Part shown: piece by piece, positions 33,601 through 39,840 of the stretch | Numbering within the stretch: position 1 is the first letter of the stretch | How the letters are laid out: each line of letters begins with the position of its first letter | Assembly: GCA_043825875.1 (NCBI GenBank) | Contig: JBDRRF010000009.1 | Coordinates: 1 to 39,840, forward strand | From: Pseudomonadota bacterium | GTDB lineage: Bacteria; Desulfobacterota; Desulfobacteria; Desulfobacterales; RPRI01 | DNA length: 39,840 nucleotides | Direction: 5' to 3' | The notes under the pieces: model-generated | Seen by the model: the letters and a program-made list of their open reading frames with translations, nothing else | The model's database searches: none | Told to the model about the DNA's origin: nothing | Translations under genes and position numbers: made by a program

Positions 33601-33631
33601 TGGTTTAAAGCTCTATTGTTTACAGTATTGA

Positions 33632-33844
33632 TCAGGGCTTAGAATATGAAAGAGAAAATGCCTCAAGTTCTGAATAATTATTCGAGCATGTTGTTATTTT
33701 AACCAAACTCCTCTGCAACTGATTCAATATCTTGCAATCATTAGTGCAAGACGGTAAATTCTTTTTTAACTTGCAATCTCTGCAAGGGCTTTTCTTAAGA
33801 TGTCCGGCATAGTGATCAAGTTTTATTTCACATGAAATATCCAT
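33632..33844 (-). CDS. Small Cys-rich protein (CxxC-x8-CxxxC), copy A
   Basis: GHLKKSPCRDCKLKKNLPSCTNDCKIL; paralog at 38684-38896. Confidence 0.8.
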   Translation of the reverse strand: MDISCEIKLDHYAGHLKKSPCRDCKLKKNLPSCTNDCKILNQLQRSLVKITTCSNNYSELEAFSLSYSKP

Positions 33845-33927
33845 TGTATCTTCCTTCCTGATTGTTCATTTCCACCGCCGGTTATTGCATCACCATACAT
33901 GCCGGGGCATGATATGCCGCTTTCTTA

Positions 33928-34314
33928 CTATTTGTCCAAAACCTTTTTGGCCTGAACGGTCTTTTCCTGAACTTTGCCTTCTGTCCGGTCCTTTGTGCTG
34001 GATTTCATGTAAATATCCTCCATCCCTGCCGGGTCGAAAACGGTGTGGAACATCCTTTCATAGGGCTTTTTGAGAAGAATCATCGCTCCCTCAAGCACCT
34101 TATAATGCTCCGAGTTCAGGTGGGCCATAAGGTTTTCCCGGGTATCCCATTCTTCAAGAAGAAAGAGTCGATTTTCATCCTCTATACTCTGGAAGAAGTC
34201 ACAGCGCCGGCATCCTTTCTCCATCCTTATGGAACCAGACAGTGAAGTAATCGTCTGTGACAATTCCATTCGCTTTTCTGAATGTACCTTCATTCGAGTG
34301 GTTACAAGTATCAT
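33928..34314 (-). CDS. ABM-fold (antibiotic biosynthesis monooxygenase / putative quinol monooxygenase) protein
   Basis: EKGCRRCDFFQSIEDENRLFLLEEWDT..AHLNSEHY. Confidence 0.88.
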   Translation of the reverse strand: MILVTTRMKVHSEKRMELSQTITSLSGSIRMEKGCRRCDFFQSIEDENRLFLLEEWDTRENLMAHLNSEHYKVLEGAMILLKKPYERMFHTVFDPAGMEDIYMKSSTKDRTEGKVQEKTVQAKKVLDK

Positions 34315-34326
34315 AACAAATTTAAA

Positions 34327-34475
34327 GCAAATACCCTGCCAATACCAAAATGAGAATTGTAAGTTTGGTTTTATCCTTTAATAACAGAGAATTAAATTAA
34401 CAGGGGAGAGCAGTCTGAAAGTATGAAATGATTTGTTTGTCCTCAATATTTGGTGGAGCCTCAGCATATCGATGG
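34327..34475 (-). promoter_or_regulatory. Sigma54 promoter cassette copy 8
   Basis: TTGGCAGGGTATTTGCT (34327-34340); element CCTCAATATTTGGTGGAGCCTCAGCATATCGATGG at 34441-34475. Confidence 0.87.
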
Positions 34476-34500
34476 TTGCGAAGAGAAAAGACAGAAAAAT

Positions 34501-34640
34501 TTATTCCGGTTATTTTAACCCGGGCCGGACTATTCCAGGCATATGCATCCTTGATCTTAAGGTACTTGAATGAAAGAACAGGATCGCTGCGGCCCTGTTC
34601 TTTTTTGTCTATACGCCATCAAATTTCGGAAAGGGTTTTA
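34501..34640 (-). pseudogene. Degenerate 3' end (HTH) of a third bEBP
   Basis: KTLSEI*WRID[frameshift][32 protein letters not shown] aligns to the bEBP2 C-terminus. Confidence 0.85.
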
Positions 34641-34775
34641 TGAAGCTATAACCATTGAAGGACAAAAGGAGTCACCCGTCGGGATAGAGAATAATGGACT
34701 CGAAAAAAACCCAGCTCCAGGTTGAGGAGGGAAGAACTTTGTCCTGGAGCCGGGTGGGGGAGAGAATTGCTAGTA

Positions 34776-35069
34776 TTAACACCAAAATGGATTGCCCTCT
34801 TGAGGCTCCATTATGTTTCCATGTTTGCCGATAATCTGTAGTCCATTCAGAGAATCATCAGTCATAAGCTCTTTTTGAAGCATACCCACTACAATAGGAT
34901 TTATTAGATAAAGATCTTTTGAGTTAATTATGATGTTTTTAACCTTGTTGCTATATTCTTTTAAAACATTAATCAGTTCCATCGCTGAAAATCCGTCAAA
35001 TTCACCAATCAGGTCAAGATATAAATTAACTTCACTTTGGTGCGCAGTTATTCTGAAATTTGATGCCAT
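34776..35069 (-). CDS. STAS-like small protein
   Basis: LYLDLIGEFDGFSAMELINVL..NIIINSKDLYLINP; 97 aa; GGAGG RBS. Confidence 0.7.
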   Translation of the reverse strand: MASNFRITAHQSEVNLYLDLIGEFDGFSAMELINVLKEYSNKVKNIIINSKDLYLINPIVVGMLQKELMTDDSLNGLQIIGKHGNIMEPQEGNPFWC

Positions 35070-35107
35070 TATTTTAAACCTCCATTGATGATTTTATGCT
35101 ATAACCA

Positions 35108-35407
35108 TCATACATCCTTGCTGGGTATAAAACGGTGTAGAATATCCATATCGTAAGGCTCTATAAGAAGGCTCATCGCCCCCCTCAGCACCTTAAAATG
35201 CTCCGATTCCATGTAGGCAGTAAGGTTCTTCCGGATATCCCATTCTTCAATAAGAAAGAGTTGGTTCTCATCCTCGAAACTTTGGTATAAGTCGCAACGC
35301 CGGCAACCCATCTCCATCTTTATCGAAGAGGAGAGAGAAGCAATCGCCTGCGACAATTCCATGCGTTTCTCTGGAAGTACCTTCATATGTATGATTGTGA
35401 TAATCAT
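35108..35407 (-). CDS. ABM-fold protein, paralog (start corrected to MIITIIH)
   Basis: EMGCRRCDLYQSFEDENQLFLIEEWD..SEHF; the ORF-track start at 35419 lies between the -12 element and the predicted +1. Confidence 0.85.
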   Translation of the reverse strand: MIITIIHMKVLPEKRMELSQAIASLSSSIKMEMGCRRCDLYQSFEDENQLFLIEEWDIRKNLTAYMESEHFKVLRGAMSLLIEPYDMDILHRFIPSKDV

Positions 35408-35420
35408 CACATTAGCCATT

Positions 35421-35569
35421 GCAAATATTTTGCCAATAGCCGAAAAGTAATCGAAAAATTGAATATATCAATTGATAACAGATGATTAAAATAACAAGTG
35501 TGAAAGGCGGAAAACTTTAAATTGATCTATTTAGCCTCAACAATTGGTGAAACATCAATATATTGATAG
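35421..35569 (-). promoter_or_regulatory. Sigma54 promoter cassette copy 9, 24 bp after the bEBP2 stop
   Basis: TTGGCAAAATATTTGCA (35421-35434); element CCTCAACAATTGGTGAAACATCAATATATTGATAG at 35535-35569. Confidence 0.85.
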
Positions 35570-35593
35570 ATAAGCTGAGATGGGACAGACAGT

Positions 35594-37645
35594 TTATGAT
35601 TCCGGCTCTTTTAAACCAGGCCGGACTATACCGAGCTTATGCATCCTCGCTCTTAAGGTGCTTGGGTGAAGGCCCAGGATCACTGCGGCTCCGTTTTTTC
35701 CATTAATGCGCCATCTGGTTTCGGAAAGGATTTTAAGAATTTGGGTTCTATCAGTTTCTTCCAATGATCTCACTCCGGATAAAAGTGAGGGGGGTAAATT
35801 TTGCAGTCTATCTGCAAGATAAAAAACCGGTTCGGGACTCAAGACTACTGACCGTTCAATAATGCTTTCAAGTTCCCGGACATTTCCGGGCCATGAATAG
35901 TTCTGAAGCGTCTTCATCGTATTGTCCTGGATTGAGGTAATCTTTTTGCCCAGTTTCCTGGAATATCGCTCTATGAAGGCCTTTACCATCAGCGGGATGT
36001 CGTCTTTCCGTTGTCTGAGAGGCGGGACAGATATTGGGAAAACGTTGAGCCGGTAGAAAAGGTCCTGCCTGAAGTGACCTTTACGGACCTCTGCCTCAAG
36101 GTCTCGATTGGTTGTTGCCACAATCCTTACATCGACTTTGATGGTTTTAGACGAGCCCAGGCGCTCAAATTCGCTATGCTGGATTACACGGAGCAACTTT
36201 GCCTGCAACTCTATTGGTAGTTCCCCGATCTCGTCTAAGCAAAGGGTGGAACCATTGGCGATTTCGAATCGGCCTATCTGCCTGGTGTCGGCTCCGGTAA
36301 ATGCTCCCTTCTCCCGGCCGAATAATTCACTTTCTATTAAATTTGCCGGCAGGGCGGCACAGTTGACCGTGATCAAGGGCCCTTCCCTACGGGGACTCAT
36401 TTCATGGATGGCGGCAGCGATCAGCTCTTTCCCCGTACCGGTTTCTCCGAGAATAAGGACTGTTGTATTCGCAGGGGCAACCTGCTCCGCCCGATAGAGA
36501 ACATACTTTAAGCCGTCACTTTCACCGATAATATTCTCAAATTGATGTTTCATTTTATTTTCTTGACGAAAGTAAATATTCTCTACTTCAAGCTGGTCTT
36601 TCATTGTTTTAATTTCAGAAAGAGCCGTCTTAAGCTCGGCTGTACGTTTATCTACCTGGTGTTCAAGTTCATCATGGGCTTTTTGTAGAGTCTCCCTCAT
36701 TTTATTGCGTTCGGTGATGTCTATGCAGATGCCAACCCATTCCAGAATACTTCCGTCTTTCTTAAATGTAGGAACACCACGAACCAAAAAAAGCCGATAT
36801 ATCCCGTCTTGTCTGCGTATACGGTATTCGACTTCATATTCACTTTTTGTTGAGACTGCTTTATTCCATGCCTCCAATGTATGTTTAACATCATCCGGAT
36901 GAAGCGCTTTTGCCCATTCCGAGCCTGTTATTTCTTCTTTGCTTTGGCCGGTAAATTTTCTCCATGCAGGAAGATCCTCTATAACATAGCCTTCAGAATT
37001 TGTACTCCAGGCCAATTCCCCTGTAACTTCAATATAGGATCTATAGCGTGCTTCACTTGCGCGCAGCTTTTCATCTGCATTTTTGGTCTCGGTGATATCA
37101 AGCATTGCTGTATAAATATAACTTGCCTTATCGTCTATATCCTCCTTTGTTATGCTTTGGAGCTGTGCATGGAATACAGTTTCATCTTTTCTCTTAAGAC
37201 TGATTTCGCAGGTCTGGTTGCTCTGGTTTTGAAATACTTCTTCACAGTATTTCGAAAAATCCACCCTACCTTTTGCATCGGCAATAAAATTTATAAAGGG
37301 TTTATTGGCCAGCTGTTGTCTTTCTATTCCCAGCATTTGTGCTCCGGTAAGATTTATCTTCTTTATCAATCTTTGCGTATTAAGGGTGAAATAGCCAACT
37401 GGTGCAAAGTCATATAGTTCGGTATATATATTCTTCGATAATTCAAGCTCCTCATGGGCACGGCGCAGCTCTGCATTTTGCATTTCCAACTCAATCTGGT
37501 GGACCTCAAGTTCATGAAAGAGCCTCTGTGATTCTTCATCGGTCATTGGAAGTTGCATATGCGCCTTTTTAGCATGTAACTGCTCCTCTGCCTGGCCGCG
37601 CAGTTTAACTGATTCTGGTTGTTTCTGTTTTTTAGAGATATCCAT
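35594..37645 (-). CDS. Sigma54 enhancer-binding protein 2 (coiled coil + 2 PAS + AAA+ + Fis-type HTH)
   Basis: As bEBP1 plus an extra PAS ([18 protein letters not shown]); canonical GAFTGA. Confidence 0.96.
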   Translation of the reverse strand: MDISKKQKQPESVKLRGQAEEQLHAKKAHMQLPMTDEESQRLFHELEVHQIELEMQNAELRRAHEELELSKNIYTELYDFAPVGYFTLNTQRLIKKINLTGAQMLGIERQQLANKPFINFIADAKGRVDFSKYCEEVFQNQSNQTCEISLKRKDETVFHAQLQSITKEDIDDKASYIYTAMLDITETKNADEKLRASEARYRSYIEVTGELAWSTNSEGYVIEDLPAWRKFTGQSKEEITGSEWAKALHPDDVKHTLEAWNKAVSTKSEYEVEYRIRRQDGIYRLFLVRGVPTFKKDGSILEWVGICIDITERNKMRETLQKAHDELEHQVDKRTAELKTALSEIKTMKDQLEVENIYFRQENKMKHQFENIIGESDGLKYVLYRAEQVAPANTTVLILGETGTGKELIAAAIHEMSPRREGPLITVNCAALPANLIESELFGREKGAFTGADTRQIGRFEIANGSTLCLDEIGELPIELQAKLLRVIQHSEFERLGSSKTIKVDVRIVATTNRDLEAEVRKGHFRQDLFYRLNVFPISVPPLRQRKDDIPLMVKAFIERYSRKLGKKITSIQDNTMKTLQNYSWPGNVRELESIIERSVVLSPEPVFYLADRLQNLPPSLLSGVRSLEETDRTQILKILSETRWRINGKNGAAVILGLHPSTLRARMHKLGIVRPGLKEPES

Positions 37646-37793
37646 TGTTAACCATGAGCCTTGAGCAGACTTTTAAGTCTTGCATTTTCTTGTGCAGATC
37701 CGCTTTGAGAATCTTTGCAGGTGTAATGTCAGAAAAGATGATCGTAACCCCGCCGGGTTTATTGCCAGTCTGATTTGCTTTTTCGTGATGTTA

Positions 37794-37822
37794 AATATAA
37801 CAGGATTTCCTTAATTTGCCAA
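37794..37822 (-). promoter_or_regulatory. Putative sigma70 promoter of bEBP2
   Basis: TTGGCA-N17-TATATT with TG extension. Confidence 0.45.
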
Positions 37823-37926
37823 AGGTATTTTTACACATTAATAAACCGGGCTGGGGAGAGGAGTTGCTGATTAAATCAACGCGGATTGATTTTGTTGTTT
37901 CTAACTGATGCCGGCAGGGGAGTTTC

Positions 37927-38313
37927 TCATGCGAATCCTTCTCCCTTGTTATATAAAACCCAATGACGTTTGCCCTGACGCTGATAGTGCTGTTCTCTAA
38001 ATGGGGCAACAAGATGTATCCTCCAGTCTTGATATGGATCTGCTGCCGCCAGTTCTTCAGCCTGAGCTACTGTCATATAATCGTTACAGCTTTGTGTTTC
38101 AATCTCTGAATATATGCACTCACCATTTTTAGTCAGTAACGCATTGCCGAATCCAACAGCGATTACTTCTTCCATAGGCAGAATTATATGTCTGCATGTA
38201 CGAGAAGGGTTTGTATTATCATCTGTATCAAAGTCGTTAAGCGGTATAAAACCTAATATTTCTCGAAATAAAGAAGCGCGATCGTTTCCCGATATAATTG
38301 TTTGGCTATTCAT
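37927..38313 (-). CDS. Hypothetical protein
   Basis: 128 aa ORF; IAVGFGNA..DWRIHLVAPF..YQRQG..W..GEGFA; function not recognised. Confidence 0.65.
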   Translation of the reverse strand: MNSQTIISGNDRASLFREILGFIPLNDFDTDDNTNPSRTCRHIILPMEEVIAVGFGNALLTKNGECIYSEIETQSCNDYMTVAQAEELAAADPYQDWRIHLVAPFREQHYQRQGKRHWVLYNKGEGFA

Positions 38314-38381
38314 AAAAACCTTGTTTATATTGTTATAATTTTAAATGTTGTAAATGTCTTTCAGATATCAAACTATTCCTT

Positions 38382-38675
38382 CTAATACCAGAAGGAATAG
38401 TCTTCTTGAGGTTCCATCATATTTCCATGTTTGCCAATAAATCTAAGTCCATGTAAAGAATTATTGGTCATACATTCTTTTTGAAGTACACCCAATCCAA
38501 AAGGATGTATTAAATAAAGACCACTTGTGTTGATGATGATGTTTTTCGTTTTTTTGCTGTAGGCTTTTAAAATATTGATCAGTTCAGTTGCTGAAGATCC
38601 GTCAAATTCTCCTATCAGCTCAAGATATATGTTAACTTTACTCTGGTGAGTAGTTATTCTGAAATTTGTTGCCAT
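38382..38675 (-). CDS. STAS-like small protein, paralog
   Basis: IYLELIGEFDGSSATELINIL..IIINTSGLYLIHPFGLGVL. Confidence 0.75.
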   Translation of the reverse strand: MATNFRITTHQSKVNIYLELIGEFDGSSATELINILKAYSKKTKNIIINTSGLYLIHPFGLGVLQKECMTNNSLHGLRFIGKHGNMMEPQEDYSFWY

Positions 38676-38683
38676 AATATAAA

Positions 38684-38896
38684 TTAAGATCGGGTATATG
38701 AAAGAGAAAATGATTCAAGCTCAGAATAATTATTTGAGCATGATATTATATCCACCAAATCTGTTTGCAATTGGCTCAATATTTTGCAATCATTAGTACA
38801 AGACGGTAAATTCTTTTTTAACTTGCAATCTCTACAAGGGCTTTTTTTAAGATGTCCGGTATAGCAATCAAGTTTTTTTCCATAAGAAATATCCAT
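38684..38896 (-). CDS. Small Cys-rich protein, copy B
   Basis: Identical core GHLKKSPCRDCKLKKNLPSCTNDCKIL; AGGAGG RBS. Confidence 0.82.
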   Translation of the reverse strand: MDISYGKKLDCYTGHLKKSPCRDCKLKKNLPSCTNDCKILSQLQTDLVDIISCSNNYSELESFSLSYTRS

Positions 38897-38936
38897 TTTG
38901 TCCTCCTGTGATTTCTGAAGTTAATTACTTGATATA

Positions 38937-39185
38937 TTATGCCAAGTCTATATTGGAACGTAGTTGCGCAATCTGAATTCCCAACCCGATACATTGTTTT
39001 CCGGCCATACAGGTATCAGCATCTTCAGGCTCCAAATGAGTTTTCAGTTCATGCTCCCCTTTTTTCAGATCAACAATCCAGGCTTTTTTTGCCTTATCAT
39101 AATCAACTTTGACATCTATTCCACATGCGCCGATATCCGGATATATTGATTTAATTTTTTCGCATAATTCCTTTTTGTTAAACAT
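38937..39185 (-). CDS. Small hypothetical protein with four Cys
   Basis: MFNKKELCEKIKSIYPDIGACGIDVKV...DADTCMAGKQCIGLGIQIAQL; AGGGG RBS. Confidence 0.75.
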   Translation of the reverse strand: MFNKKELCEKIKSIYPDIGACGIDVKVDYDKAKKAWIVDLKKGEHELKTHLEPEDADTCMAGKQCIGLGIQIAQLRSNIDLA

Positions 39186-39359
39186 GGCCGCCCCTTTCAA
39201 TATTAAAATTTAAATTAAGATAAGTAAAAGCTGCTATATCAATTGATTCCGGGTTAATTTATGCTTAGTATAAATCAGTATCATTTCACATAACGGCAAA
39301 TATTCTATATATTGTTTGGTACAACTTGTTTCTATATTACGAAAACTTTCATTTTTAAT

Positions 39360-39530
39360 GCAATTACCTTGCCATTAATAGGAATAAAAACCAATATATT
39401 AGTATAATGCTATAAATCCAATTTATTAGCTAAGTATTAAGATTAAGTTAGATTAGTGATAGAATTGAAAGCGTATAGCAAAACAGCATAGATAGTGTCA
39501 GCATTTGGTCAGGTATCAAAATAGTGATAT
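39360..39530 (-). promoter_or_regulatory. Divergent-sequence sigma54 cassette copy 10
   Basis: ATGGCAAGGTAATTGCA (39360-39373); element TGTCAGCATTTGGTCAGGTATCAAAATAGTGATA from 39496. Confidence 0.65.
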
Positions 39531-39551
39531 TATGTGGATAGATATAATTGT

Positions 39552-39701
39552 TTATCTCATGTTAACATTTTCTGGGCGTTTTATCTGAAGTTTATGCATC
39601 TTTGACCTTAATGTGCTCGGATGTATGCCAAGCAAAGCGGCAGCTCCATTTTTTCCATTAATACGCCATCCGGTGTGATTTGAAATTTTACTATTTCTAA
39701 A
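39552..39701 (-). pseudogene. 3' end (HTH) of a fourth bEBP, cut off by a MITE
   Basis: [45 protein letters not shown]; upstream frame replaced by the MITE at 39702. Confidence 0.8.
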
Positions 39702-39840
39702 GAGCCAGTTTCAAAACGCCCCATTTTGGCCGATCTCTGCGTTGGGCTCAAATTTCAATCCTCGAAATACTCAATGTATTCCTGTGGTTGAAATTTTCGC
39801 CCGCCTTGAGCTTGACCAAACTGAAACGTTTTGAAAGTGG
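39702..39840 (+). mobile_element. 142-bp MITE, copy 3 (last 3 bp beyond the window)
   Basis: Nearly identical to 14540-14678. Confidence 0.9.

Noticed and set aside
14075..39530. Cassette repeats as a CRISPR array, integron attC array or invertible sites
   Set aside because: Too long, kilobases apart and divergent; no attC core-site hairpin, no cas, integrase or invertase in the window; internal layout fits an RpoN promoter.

Overview
Bacterial DNA, probably deltaproteobacterial (Desulfobacterota-like; inferred from gene content). Almost every gene is on the minus strand. The left ~11 kb is visibly GC-richer and holds glgP, ackA, a lipoprotein, a Cu P-type ATPase, phosphoketolase, DUF2254 and the start of an N-ATPase-type atpD. 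The AT-richer remainder holds general-stress and envelope genes (UspA, B12 radical SAM, two DUF4398/OmpA pairs, a TM-helix channel protein, AsmA, DUF3185, lmo0937-like, BON, two CsbD, DUF3309, two PEP-CTERM proteins) and a partly triplicated regulatory block: two intact PAS-containing sigma54 enhancer-binding proteins (bEBPs), two bEBP 3' remnants, ABM-fold, STAS-like and small Cys4 proteins. The main unexplained structure is a ~149-bp non-coding cassette present ten times in one orientation ahead of transcription units. Each copy has a sigma54 -24/-12 promoter and a tandem-dyad upstream element, and most have an IHF-like site. The element lies 114 bp from the -12 position in 8 copies, 113 bp in one and 136 bp in one. 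Four copies directly follow a bEBP 3' end, suggesting a self-contained sigma54 stress regulon built by promoter-cassette duplication. A 142-bp MITE occurs three times; both complete copies have 4-bp target duplications.
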